Source of the DNA: Planctomycetota bacterium
GTDB lineage: Bacteria > Planctomycetota > UBA1135 > UBA2386
Assembly: GCA_046290465.1 (NCBI GenBank)
Contig: JBKAGP010000001.1
Coordinates: 5,248,001 to 5,312,000, forward strand
Direction: 5' to 3'
Length of the DNA: 64,000 bases
Numbering within the stretch: the stretch's first letter is position 1; every line of letters begins with the position of its first letter. Below, piece by piece: positions 21,592 through 30,828 of this stretch. Under the pieces are notes generated by a model. It made no database searches and was not told the origin of the DNA. It saw only the letters and a program-made list of their open reading frames with translations. A program made the translations under genes and the position numbers.

Positions 21592-22985
21592 TTCGGGCGC
21601 AGCTCGGCGATCACGTTCATCAGTTCTTCGACGCTGGCGAGCTTGTGGCGCAGCTTGCCGCGCTGCTCGCCCTGCTGGCGCTCCCATTCGTCGAGACGCT
21701 GCCAGTCCTGCCACGTTACCGCGTCGATCGAACGTTCCGAGAGCAGCTTCTGGATGTCTTGTGCGTTTGGCTGCTGCAGCAGCCCGTTGCCGTGGTCGGC
21801 GAGCATGCCCGCGACCGTGCCCTTGGCGTCGAGGCTGTTGGTGCCGATCAGGCCGGTCGGGCCGCGCTTGCACCAGCCGGCGCAGTAGTGGCCGACGCGC
21901 ACCTCGCCGCCGAGCCGCTCGACGACCCGGCCGTCGACGTTCGGCACGATGCCCTTGCGCTCCTCGAACGGCACCCCGGGCACCGGCTCGCCGCGGTAGC
22001 CGATCGCCTTGAACAGCAGGTCGACGTCGAGGCGCTCGTCGGTGCCGGTCGGCTTCGGCCGCGGCGTGCCGGAGTCGTCGGCCTGCAGCTGCATGTGGCC
22101 GATGGTGACGCCGGTGAGCTTGCCGCCGTCGCCGTGCAGCGCGGTCGGCGCGACCAGGAAGCGGCAGCGCAGCTTCTTGCTGCCCGGGTCGCCTTCGCCG
22201 GCGGTGGCGCGCAGCTTGACGAAGTCGACGTTGCGCTGCTGGCTGCGCGCGCCGTGTTCGAGCAGCCACTGCTGGCTGAGTTCGTCGAGCTCGGCGTCGG
22301 CCGGGATCACGACCACGTCGACGCCGGCGATCTCGTGGATCTCGGCGATCTCCTTCGGCGAGAACGCGGCCTGCGCGGGGCCGCGACGGCCGAGCAGGAT
22401 CACCTCTTCGACCTTGCTCTGGCGCAGGGTCTCGAGCGCGTGGTCGGCGATGTCGGTCCTGGCGAGCACGTCCGGATCGGCGAGCAGCACGCGCGCGACG
22501 TCCATCGCGACGTTGCCGTTGCCGACCAGCGCGACGCGCCGCGCGTTCTGCAGGTCGAAGCGGTGGTGGCGGTGGTCCGGGTGGCCGTTGTACCAGCCGA
22601 CGAAGTCGGTCGCCGCGTAGACGCCGCCGAGGTCCTCGCCGTCGAGGCCGAGCTTGTTGTCGCTCTCGCAGCCGAACGCGTAGACGACGTGGTGGTAGTG
22701 CGCGTTGAGGTCGTCGACCGACACATCGCGGCCGAGCTGCACGTTGCCGAAGAAGCGGAAGCCGTCGTTGGCCGCGATCTTGTCGTAGACCCTGGTCACG
22801 CCCTTGATCTTCTGGTGGTCGGGGGCGACGCCGCCGCGCACGAGACCGAACGGGACCGGCAGGCGGTCGAACAGGTCGACCTGCACGTCGTCGAGGTCCG
22901 ACTTGAACAACGCTTCGGCGGTGTAGAACGCGGCTGGGCCAGAACCCACGATCGCGACCCGATAGCCCGTGCTCGCTTCGGTCAT
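21588..22985 (-). CDS. Ferredoxin-NADP+ reductase (adrenodoxin reductase/FprA type)
   Basis: GSGPAAFY, PFGLVRGGVAPDH, FVGWYNGHP, GNGNVAMDVAR and GWCKRGPTGLIGTN motifs. Confidence 0.9.
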   Translation of the reverse strand: MTEASTGYRVAIVGSGPAAFYTAEALFKSDLDDVQVDLFDRLPVPFGLVRGGVAPDHQKIKGVTRVYDKIAANDGFRFFGNVQLGRDVSVDDLNAHYHHVVYAFGCESDNKLGLDGEDLGGVYAATDFVGWYNGHPDHRHHRFDLQNARRVALVGNGNVAMDVARVLLADPDVLARTDIADHALETLRQSKVEEVILLGRRGPAQAAFSPKEIAEIHEIAGVDVVVIPADAELDELSQQWLLEHGARSQQRNVDFVKLRATAGEGDPGSKKLRCRFLVAPTALHGDGGKLTGVTIGHMQLQADDSGTPRPKPTGTDERLDVDLLFKAIGYRGEPVPGVPFEERKGIVPNVDGRVVERLGGEVRVGHYCAGWCKRGPTGLIGTNSLDAKGTVAGMLADHGNGLLQQPNAQDIQKLLSERSIDAVTWQDWQRLDEWERQQGEQRGKLRHKLASVEELMNVIAELRPK

Positions 22986-23053
22986 GGCGGCAGAGCATAG
23001 CAGGTCGATCGGCGATCCCTTTGTCCGCGCGACGGGTTACGTTGCCGGGACCG

Positions 23054-23716
23054 ATGACGGCCGCGCCGGATCCCCGCACCATCCGCTTCGCGCTCGACGA
23101 CCTCGCCGAGCAGGCGGAGGCGTTCTGGCAGCGCTGCCCGGACGCGCGCGCCGGCGACGAGCGCGTCGGCTTCGCGTCTCTCGACGGGCTGGCGAGGCTG
23201 TGGCTGCCGCTGGCGGCCCCGCGGCCACAGCAGGCGGAGCGCATCGGGGACTACGTCGAGCGACTCGAGCCGCGCGACGAGGTGCAGGTGGTGCTGCTGC
23301 TGCGCGCCGGCGCGATGGCGTTCGGCTGCTGGCACGGCGACGAGCTGGTGCAGCACAAGGCGGTGCGCAAGTACGTCGTGCGCGGCAACGGCAAGTCGCA
23401 GGCGACGCACCTGAAGACGCGCGGCAAGTCGCGCTACGGCTCGCGGCTGCGGCTGCAGAACTGGAAGAGCCTGCTCGGCGAGACCAGCGAACGGCTGGCC
23501 GACTGCGAGGTGCAGTTCGGGCCGTTCGAGCGGATCTTCTTCGGTGTGCCGGTGCGGGTCTGGAGCGACGTGTTCGAGGCCGATCCACCGCCGCCGTTCG
23601 CGCGCGACGACGCGCGCCTGCAGCGGCTGCCGATCCACGTGCACCGGCCCGATCACGAGGAGCTGCTGCGGGTGCGGCAGGTGATGCAGTTCGGGCGGAT
23701 CGAGCTGCCGGCCTGA
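23054..23716 (+). CDS. Bacterial VLRF1 (Vms1/ANKZF1-like release factor fold) protein
   Basis: LLLRAG...HKAVRKYVVRGNGKSQATHLKTRGKSRYGSRLRLQN...IF...PF...D.RL..LPIHVHRP.HEEL matches the VLRF1 clade pattern as I recall it. Confidence 0.75.
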   Translation: MTAAPDPRTIRFALDDLAEQAEAFWQRCPDARAGDERVGFASLDGLARLWLPLAAPRPQQAERIGDYVERLEPRDEVQVVLLLRAGAMAFGCWHGDELVQHKAVRKYVVRGNGKSQATHLKTRGKSRYGSRLRLQNWKSLLGETSERLADCEVQFGPFERIFFGVPVRVWSDVFEADPPPPFARDDARLQRLPIHVHRPDHEELLRVRQVMQFGRIELPA

Positions 23717-23835
23717 ACGGTCGCTGCCATCGCGTCGATCGCACCGGGCTCGTCCGTGCGGGCGCGGCGGTTCGATGTCGCGGCATCGGAGTGCGCCCAG
23801 CTCAGGAGGAGAGCTCCGGAGGAGAGGGTTTCGAC

Positions 23836-25626
23836 ATGAACGACAGCATCCAAGTCCGCAGCGCGCTGGTCCTGATCGGCGCCATCTTCGCCTCGTCGTG
23901 CAGCAACGGCGGGGCCGTCAGCAACGCCTCGCCGCGGGTCTCCGAGGTCCCGACGCAGAACACCACCGGTGGCACCGCGTTCGCGCTCGACCTGTCGACC
24001 TACGTCAGCGACCGCGAGGGCGCGACGCTCGCCTACTCGGTGGTGTCGGGCGGCGGTTCGTTCGCGGGCAGCACCTACACCAACACGTTCGACACCATGG
24101 GGGTGTACGAGGTCACGTTCGCGGTCAGCGACGGTTCGAAGACCGAGAACGCGACGTTCTCGGTCGAGGTGACGTCGGCGGAGCTGGCGTTCGTCCTCGA
24201 AGACGACGCGAGCGCGCAGCTGCTCGACACGCAGACCAACACGTTCGTGCGGATCGCCAGCAACGGGCCGACGCCGTACTTCCTGAAGCAGATCGGCACC
24301 CGCTACGTGCTCTACGAGCTCGGCCTCGGAGGGCCCCTGTGGACCTACGACACCTACGGTCGCAACAACGTCGAACTCGCCGCCGACATCGACGGCGGTG
24401 CCACCTACCGCGGCGTGACGGCGGACGGCAAGCTGATCTACTCGACCGGCAGCGCGCCGGAGATCTCGGTCTGGTACTACAACCCGACGACCGGCGTCGC
24501 GCGCCTGATCGGCGAGGCGGTCGCGGCGCCGAACGTACTGGTCAACAGCGCGGGCTACGTGTTCTTCGAAGCGGGCGCCAACGGCCAGTCGGACATCTCG
24601 TTCTACGAGCCCGAGGACGACGAGACGGTCGTCGTCAGCGCCGACGCCAACGACGAGCAGCTGCTGGCGACCACGGCCGACGGCGGCGTCGTGTTCAGCC
24701 GGGTTGGCGGCAGCGGCGAACGCGACCTGTTCTACTACCGGGCCGGCTACGGCCTGGTCGAGATCGGCGCCAACTTCACTGGCCTCGCCGACCGCAACAA
24801 GACGTTCGCGATCGCGGACAGCAACAGCAAGGTCGTGTTCACCGCGCTCAACGGCGGCAACGAGGAGCTGTTCATCTGGAACCCGAGCAACGGCCAGACG
24901 ACCGCGATCGCGACCGGCATCAACACCGAGGTCCACGACGAGCTCGGCACCGGCAACGAACTGGTCTACATCGACGTCGTCAGCGCCAGCGAGAAGGACG
25001 CCTACTTCTACGACCTCGACGACGGCACGACCGCGACGCTGCGCAACAGCACCGACCGCAGCAACGTCGGCAGCATCCTCAGCGACGGCACGACCAGCTG
25101 GGCCGTCATCTATCCGTCGGGCTCGAGCCCGCCGGTGTCGGCGGTGTCGCTGGTGGGCACGCCGTCGGTGCAGGACTGGGCCGCTGGCGGCAGCGTCTGG
25201 CTCGGTTCCGAGCTCGCCAACGACGACCTGGTCGCCGAACGCGCGGACCGCACCGCGATCAACGTGTTCGACGTGTCGGCGGGCACCTGGGGCACGCCGA
25301 TCGCCGGCACCGACCTGAACACGCGCGGCAACGGCCTCGACGCCGGTGACTTCGTCTACACCGTCGACGTCGGTGGCCAGGACGACCTGATGATGTGGGA
25401 CGCGTCGGCGAGCAACTCGGTGACGATCAGCAGCGACGCGGCCGACGACGTGTTCGAGAACAAGGCGGTCGGTGCGGCGATCCTGTTCACCCGCGCCATC
25501 GGCTCCGCCACGACCGCCGACCTGTTCGTCTGGGACGGGACGACGGTGACCCAGCTGACCGGCACGGCCGGCGTCAGCTCGGGCGTCGACCACGACGTGA
25601 CGCGGACGTTCGCGGTCTCGCGCTAG
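23836..25626 (+). CDS. Surface lipoprotein, cadherin/Ig-like domain + beta-propeller-like repeats (paralog 1)
   Basis: Lipobox-like FASSC; NASP...DLSTYVSDREG Ig-like start; repeated DLFYY/ELFIW/DLMMW blades. Confidence 0.75.
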   Translation: MNDSIQVRSALVLIGAIFASSCSNGGAVSNASPRVSEVPTQNTTGGTAFALDLSTYVSDREGATLAYSVVSGGGSFAGSTYTNTFDTMGVYEVTFAVSDGSKTENATFSVEVTSAELAFVLEDDASAQLLDTQTNTFVRIASNGPTPYFLKQIGTRYVLYELGLGGPLWTYDTYGRNNVELAADIDGGATYRGVTADGKLIYSTGSAPEISVWYYNPTTGVARLIGEAVAAPNVLVNSAGYVFFEAGANGQSDISFYEPEDDETVVVSADANDEQLLATTADGGVVFSRVGGSGERDLFYYRAGYGLVEIGANFTGLADRNKTFAIADSNSKVVFTALNGGNEELFIWNPSNGQTTAIATGINTEVHDELGTGNELVYIDVVSASEKDAYFYDLDDGTTATLRNSTDRSNVGSILSDGTTSWAVIYPSGSSPPVSAVSLVGTPSVQDWAAGGSVWLGSELANDDLVAERADRTAINVFDVSAGTWGTPIAGTDLNTRGNGLDAGDFVYTVDVGGQDDLMMWDASASNSVTISSDAADDVFENKAVGAAILFTRAIGSATTADLFVWDGTTVTQLTGTAGVSSGVDHDVTRTFAVSR

Positions 25627-25709
25627 GAGCGCGTCCATGTAGGGGACGCGCTGCCAACCGTGATCGCGGAAGCGGCGTGTACGCGTGCGGACGGGGCTTT
25701 GCCCGCTAG
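25623..25709. mobile_element. 87-bp CTAG-flanked MITE-like repeat, copy 2
   Basis: Near-identical to 20369-20455; the left CTAG contains the upstream gene's TAG stop. Confidence 0.7.
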
Positions 25710-25784
25710 GCGCGGGCCGTCGCGACGCCGCGGCAACCTGAGGGCTTCCCCTCGGCTCTGCCATGGCGACTGCGATCGCGCCGA

Positions 25785-25800
25785 TGGCATCGACGCTGCG
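25785..25800 (+). promoter_or_regulatory. Possible sigma-54 promoter for lipoprotein paralog 2
   Basis: TGGCATCGACGCTGCG has GG-N10-GC spacing, about 90 bp before the ATG; weaker -12 element. Confidence 0.3.
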
Positions 25801-25890
25801 CCGACGGACTCATCCCGTCCGGTGGGACCGGTCGATTCGAGCGATGAGCCCCGCGCAGTCGCACGGCAGCACGAAGAGACACCAACGCTC

Positions 25891-27708
25891 ATGACGCACC
25901 GCAACCTCAACACCTTCTCGCTCCTGATCCCGAGCTGCCTGCTCGTCGCCGCGTGCAGCAGCGGCGGCGCGGTCAGCAACGCCGCTCCTCGCATCAGCGA
26001 GGTCCCGGCGCAGTCGACCACGGGCGGCACGGCCTTCAACCTCGACCTGTCGGCCTACGTCACGGATCGCGAAGGCGCGACGCTGACCTACGCGGTCACG
26101 TCGGGCGGCGGCTCGGTCGCCGGCAGCACCTACACCCACACGTTCGACACGATGGGCACGTTCGACGTGACCTGGTCGGTCAGCGACGGCTCGAAGACCG
26201 AGACCTCGACGTTCTCCGTCACGGTCAAGTCGGCCAACTTCGCCGCGGTGCGCGAGGACAGCCAGGGCCTGCTGCTGCTCGACACGATGACCAGCAACTT
26301 CCTGCGCGTCGCCGGCTCGACGTCGACGCCGAGCCTCGCGACCGGCCTCGGCGACGGCCGGCTGGTCTACCAGATCGCCAACGGCGCCGGCCAGCAGCTG
26401 TGGGTGTTCGATCCACTGGCGCGCACCAACACGCGCGTCGCGGACGGTGAGAGCGGCGACGCGACCTATCGCGCCAAGACCAGCGACGACAAGATCGTCT
26501 ACACGACCGGCACCGGCAACGACCTGACGCTGTGGTTCTACAACCCGGTGACCGGCGTCTCGCGCGACCTGGCGCAGGGCGTGCTGAGCACGATCACGGT
26601 GCTGGTCAACAGCGACGACATCGTCTTCTACGAGGTCGGCGTCAACGGCCAGGCCGACATCTACGCCTACGACCCGTCGGAGGACGAGGTGTTCTCGGTC
26701 GGCACGGCGACGACCGATGAGCAGCTGCAGGACGTGCTCGGCAACGGCGCGGTGGTGTTCTCGCGCATCGGCACGACCGGCGAGCGCGACCTGTTCTACT
26801 ACAAGATCGGCAGCGGCCTGGTCGAGATCGCCGGCACGTTTGGCAACGTGCCGGACGACGACAAGACCTACAACGGCAAGGCGTCGGGCAACCAGGTCGC
26901 GTTCACCGGGGATTCGGGCAGCGCGGTCGAGATCTACGTCTGGGATCCGTCCAACGGCCAGACCTACAACGTCTCGACCATCAACGGTGCCGGCGCCAAC
27001 AACACGTTCGTCGGCATCGCGTCCGGCGACGAGATGGTCTACGTGCGCTACAACGGTGGTTCCGACTACGACGCCTACCTCTACGACATCGACTCGTTGA
27101 CCACGGCGACGCTGCGCAACAGCACCGACAACAGCAACGTGCTGGCGATCGCCCGCAGCGACACCGGCACCGGCTGGGCGTTCCTCCGTCCCGGTGGCGC
27201 GACCTCGGACCTGATCGCGGTGTCGCTGATCGGCACGCCGACGATGCAGACCTGGAGTGCGGGCGGCACGGTGTCGACGACGGTGCAGGTGCTCGGCAAC
27301 GGCGATGTCGTCGCGCTGCGCGACGACGGCACCGCGCTCAACGTGTTCGACACGTCGGCCGGCACCTGGGGCACGCCGATCGCCGGCACTGCCCTGACGT
27401 TCGGTGGTGCAGGCCTCGAGGCCGGCGACTTCGTCTACGGCGCGACGGTGTCGACGCAGACCGACCTGCTGATGTGGGACGCCTCGGCGACCACGTCGGT
27501 GAACGTCAGCAACGCGACCGGCAACGACACCTACCAGGCGCTCACCCTGGACGGCACGATCCTGTTCACGCGGGTCACCGCGCCGAACACCAACCAAGAA
27601 CTCTGGGTCTGGGACGGCACCACGGCGACGCAGCTGACCGACGAGGACAGCGCCAGCCTCCGCCACGACCACACGGTGCTCGGTACCTACGCCGGTTCGC
27701 GGAACTAG
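25891..27708 (+). CDS. Surface lipoprotein, tandem paralog 2 of the upstream gene
   Basis: LVAAC lipobox; collinear with paralog 1 (GGAVSNA.PR.SEVP.Q.TTGGTAF, ERDLFYY, GTWGTPIAGT). Confidence 0.8.
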   Translation: MTHRNLNTFSLLIPSCLLVAACSSGGAVSNAAPRISEVPAQSTTGGTAFNLDLSAYVTDREGATLTYAVTSGGGSVAGSTYTHTFDTMGTFDVTWSVSDGSKTETSTFSVTVKSANFAAVREDSQGLLLLDTMTSNFLRVAGSTSTPSLATGLGDGRLVYQIANGAGQQLWVFDPLARTNTRVADGESGDATYRAKTSDDKIVYTTGTGNDLTLWFYNPVTGVSRDLAQGVLSTITVLVNSDDIVFYEVGVNGQADIYAYDPSEDEVFSVGTATTDEQLQDVLGNGAVVFSRIGTTGERDLFYYKIGSGLVEIAGTFGNVPDDDKTYNGKASGNQVAFTGDSGSAVEIYVWDPSNGQTYNVSTINGAGANNTFVGIASGDEMVYVRYNGGSDYDAYLYDIDSLTTATLRNSTDNSNVLAIARSDTGTGWAFLRPGGATSDLIAVSLIGTPTMQTWSAGGTVSTTVQVLGNGDVVALRDDGTALNVFDTSAGTWGTPIAGTALTFGGAGLEAGDFVYGATVSTQTDLLMWDASATTSVNVSNATGNDTYQALTLDGTILFTRVTAPNTNQELWVWDGTTATQLTDEDSASLRHDHTVLGTYAGSRN

Positions 27709-27802
27709 CGTTCGCGACGGAGCGACACGCGCACGCGGGCACGTCTCCGGCATCCGGGGGCGTGCCCGCGTTCGCAGGTGTTCGTGCGGTCGATCGCGAA
27801 CG
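27709..27802. terminator. Long imperfect stem-loop after the lipoprotein pair
   Basis: Inner stem ACGCGGGCACGTCTCCGG-CAT-CCGGGGGCGTGCCCGCGT plus outer CGTTCGCGA/TCGCGAACG; no U-tract. Confidence 0.4.
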
Positions 27803-27932
27803 AGAGCCGCCGCGCCGTTACGTCGCGGCGTGATTGCATGGCTGCTGGCGCCGCCGGGGTGCTTGTCGGCAGGTCTTTGGTGCCTAAGATCCGCCGCAAT
27901 GAAGGGCCGGGATCTCCGCGCCCCGCAACACC

Positions 27933-29165
27933 ATGACCAAGCTTGCCTCCCGTTTCGTTCCTCTCGCCATCGGCCTCGCCGCCACCGCGGGTCTCCGCGC
28001 CCAGTACGCCGAGCCCTTCGACAGCCAGGCCTCGGCCGACGTGACCATCGTCGCGCAGCCTGACAACGTCGTCAGCTTCATCGACTACTCGAGCTTCACC
28101 GTCGGCAGCTCGCTGTTCTCGATCCCGGAAGCGCCGCGGCCGATCGCCGGCGGTGCGCCGACCAGCGGGGTGCTGATCCAGAGCAACCTGGCGCAGGGCT
28201 TCGCGACCGGCGTCAACATCCTCGCCGGCCAGACGCCGATCCAGTTCATGGGTCGCTACCGCCTGTCGTTCGACGCGTGGATCAACGTGCCGGTGCCGGT
28301 CCCGACTGGCGGCACCGAGCAGCTCCTGTGGGGCGTCGGCGTCGACAACATCCTGCCGATCGAGGCGCGCAACAACCGCGGCGCCGGCACCGCCGGCATC
28401 TACGGCTGGCTGGCCGGTGAGAACGGCTACGGCACCGAGGACGCCGCGATCAACAACGGCGACCTCGAGCTCGCCGACCTCGGCGACCTGCAGCCGGGTG
28501 AGGACGTGCCGTTCAACGAGGCGTTCGACAGCAACGCGGTCGGCGGCCCGAACGGCTGCGCCGCCAACACCTGGGTCCGCGTCGACATCGACGTCGACGC
28601 CAACGGCACGCGCGTCTACTTCAACGGCGTCGAGTTCTTCAACGTCGTCGACGTGCCGGTGCCGGGCTTCGCGATGATCGGCTACGAGGATCCGTTCAGC
28701 TCGATCAGCGGTTCGCCGGACGGCCAGTGGGGCATCCTCGACAACTTCCGCGTCTCGATGCCGACCGGCTGTGGCACGCTCGGCACCGCGGTGCAGACCG
28801 GCAGCGGCACCGGCGAGATCCTGAACGGTGGTGCGCCGCCGGCCGTCGGTTCGCCGCTGACCGCGCGCCTGCGTGGTGGCCCGGCCTCGTCGATCGCGTT
28901 CCTGGCCGCCGGCCAGCCGTCGCCGGTCAGCCTGCCGGTCCCGCTGAGCCCGAGCTGCACGATCACCGCCGAGCTGGTCACGCTCGACGCGATCCTCGCC
29001 GTGCCGACCACGGCCGACGGTGGCGCGCAGTTCACGCTCGACCTGCCGGCCAACCCGGCGTTCTGCGGCCAGAGCTTCGGCTGGCAGTACCTGTGGCTCG
29101 ATCCGGCCACGCCGGCCTGCCCGTTCGTGCTGACCGGCGGCCTCAACACGACGATCGGCTCGTAG
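27933..29165 (+). CDS. Secreted protein, beta-sandwich (lectin-like) N-domain plus Cys-containing C-terminal domain
   Basis: Signal peptide ending LRAQ; WVRVDI...VYFNGV, ILDNFRV; strong high-GC codon bias. Confidence 0.65.
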   Translation: MTKLASRFVPLAIGLAATAGLRAQYAEPFDSQASADVTIVAQPDNVVSFIDYSSFTVGSSLFSIPEAPRPIAGGAPTSGVLIQSNLAQGFATGVNILAGQTPIQFMGRYRLSFDAWINVPVPVPTGGTEQLLWGVGVDNILPIEARNNRGAGTAGIYGWLAGENGYGTEDAAINNGDLELADLGDLQPGEDVPFNEAFDSNAVGGPNGCAANTWVRVDIDVDANGTRVYFNGVEFFNVVDVPVPGFAMIGYEDPFSSISGSPDGQWGILDNFRVSMPTGCGTLGTAVQTGSGTGEILNGGAPPAVGSPLTARLRGGPASSIAFLAAGQPSPVSLPVPLSPSCTITAELVTLDAILAVPTTADGGAQFTLDLPANPAFCGQSFGWQYLWLDPATPACPFVLTGGLNTTIGS

Positions 29166-29188
29166 GCCGATCGTCCGCGGCGGGCCGG

Positions 29189-29992
29189 CTACTTGCCGGC
29201 CTTCGCCTTCGGCCGGTTCACGTCGATCGGCCGCACCCAGATGTTGCGGAAGCGCATCGGGTTGCCGTGGTCCTGCAGCTTGATGTGGCCCTTGGGGCCA
29301 TGCGCGCGGTACTTCGGCAGCGACTTGTGCGCCGTCGCGCCGAGCAGTTCCTCGTCGAGCTGCACCACGATGCCGTTGTGGATCACGGTCAGGCGCGCCG
29401 GCGACTGCAGCTTGCCGTCGTCGGTGAAGCGCGGCGCGACGAACACGATGTCGTAGACGTTCCACTGGCCCGGCGGGCGGGTCGCGTTGACGTACGGCGG
29501 CTTCTGGCCGTAGAGCGCGGCCGCCTGGCCGTCGGCGTACGTCGGGTTCTCGAAGCTGTCCAGCACCTGCACCTCGTAGCGGCCGAAGAAGAACACGCCG
29601 CTGTTGCCGCGGCCCTGTGAGTGGCCCTTCGGCGGCGGCGCCATCCACTCGATGTGCAGCTGGCAGTCGCCGAACTGCTGCTTCGTCTGGATGTCCCCGG
29701 TGCGGGTGACCTCCATCGCGCCGCCGTCGACGAGCTGCCATTTCGCCTCGCCCTTGCGGCCCTGCCAGGCGTCGAGGCTGCTGCCGTCGAACAGCACGAT
29801 CGCGTCCTTCGGTGCCGGCAGCGGATGCTTGGGCGCCGGCCCCGGATCGACCCAGCGGGGTCGCGGCCGGAACGCGTCGTGAACGCGGAAGCCGTCGGGC
29901 AGCACCGGGGTGTCGGTGTAGCCGGGGTTCTTCTCCTGGGCGCTGACCAGCGGGAGCAGCAGCGCGAACGGGACGACGAGGGCGGATCTCAT
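29189..29992 (-). CDS. DUF1080 (3-keto-disaccharide hydrolase) family protein
   Basis: IVLFDG, FGDCQLHIEW, GNSGVF, YEVQVLDS and LQDHGNPMRFRNIWVR motifs. Confidence 0.9.
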   Translation of the reverse strand: MRSALVVPFALLLPLVSAQEKNPGYTDTPVLPDGFRVHDAFRPRPRWVDPGPAPKHPLPAPKDAIVLFDGSSLDAWQGRKGEAKWQLVDGGAMEVTRTGDIQTKQQFGDCQLHIEWMAPPPKGHSQGRGNSGVFFFGRYEVQVLDSFENPTYADGQAAALYGQKPPYVNATRPPGQWNVYDIVFVAPRFTDDGKLQSPARLTVIHNGIVVQLDEELLGATAHKSLPKYRAHGPKGHIKLQDHGNPMRFRNIWVRPIDVNRPKAKAGK

Positions 29993-30089
29993 GGACGCAC
30001 AGGATCGCGCCTCGCGGCCAAAGGGACCAGTTGGGAGACGAACACGTCACGTGCGGAGTTCGGTCTGCCGCCGTTCAGGGGGTCGCGGG

Positions 30090-30608
30090 TCACACCGCCA
30101 TGCCCGGCTCGCTGCCGGGCAGCCGCGGCTCGAGCGCCAGCGGGTCGTGGTGCAGCAGCTGTCGCGCGCGTCGCGAGATCGACGTCAGCGAGCGGCGGAA
30201 GTCGCGCGGCTCCATGCCGCACTGGCGGGCTGCGGCGCGCGTCGTGTTGCAGCTGATCGCCGCCCGGAACGCCTCGCGCTGCCGCGGCGTCAGCACCGGC
30301 TCGAGGTTCTCGCGCACCCAGCTGCTCTGGTCGGCGGGAGCCGCGTAGGTGCGCGGCCTGCCCTCGACGTGGTCGAGGTCCATCGCCTGGGTGCGGGCCC
30401 ATTCGGAGCGCAGGATCGCGCACGCCGAGCGCCGCGCGACCGTGCGCAGCCAGGCCTTGGGGCACTGCGGCACCGAGCCTTCGAGCACGGCCAGGGTCAG
30501 CTGGTGGATGGCGCGCTCGGACGCCTCCTCGGCCAGGACCGGGCTCCGGACGACTTGCGAAGCGGCCCGGTAGGCGACGGGCAGCAGCGAATGTGGGTCT
30601 TGCAGCAT
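30090..30608 (-). CDS. Divergent sigma-70/ECF-like protein
   Basis: Region-2-like LAEEA...PKAWLRTVARR; region-4-like LTPRQREAF...AARQCGM. Confidence 0.55.
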   Translation of the reverse strand: MLQDPHSLLPVAYRAASQVVRSPVLAEEASERAIHQLTLAVLEGSVPQCPKAWLRTVARRSACAILRSEWARTQAMDLDHVEGRPRTYAAPADQSSWVRENLEPVLTPRQREAFRAAISCNTTRAAARQCGMEPRDFRRSLTSISRRARQLLHHDPLALEPRLPGSEPGMAV

Positions 30609-30828
30609 GGGCGTTCTTTCCAGGGAGGCTTGCGTCCGACAGAGATGGTGGACTGCCGATCGGAACTCTGGCGTGCCGTTCTGTCAAGTTTCCTGATGTG
30701 CAAACAAGCTGCGGATCAGGCTCGAAGAATGCGCATGCGTCGCGGCGAACGGCCCTACTTACGTTCGTCGTGGCCACTTGCCACAATGGATGCGTAAGGC
30801 GGGGCGGCACCACCCTCGCCTGCCCATT

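Noticed and set aside
20369..25709. 87-bp repeats as a CRISPR array or integron attC sites
   Set aside because: Only two copies 5 kb apart, no spacers or cas genes, no RYYYAAC/GTTRRRY ends and no integrase.
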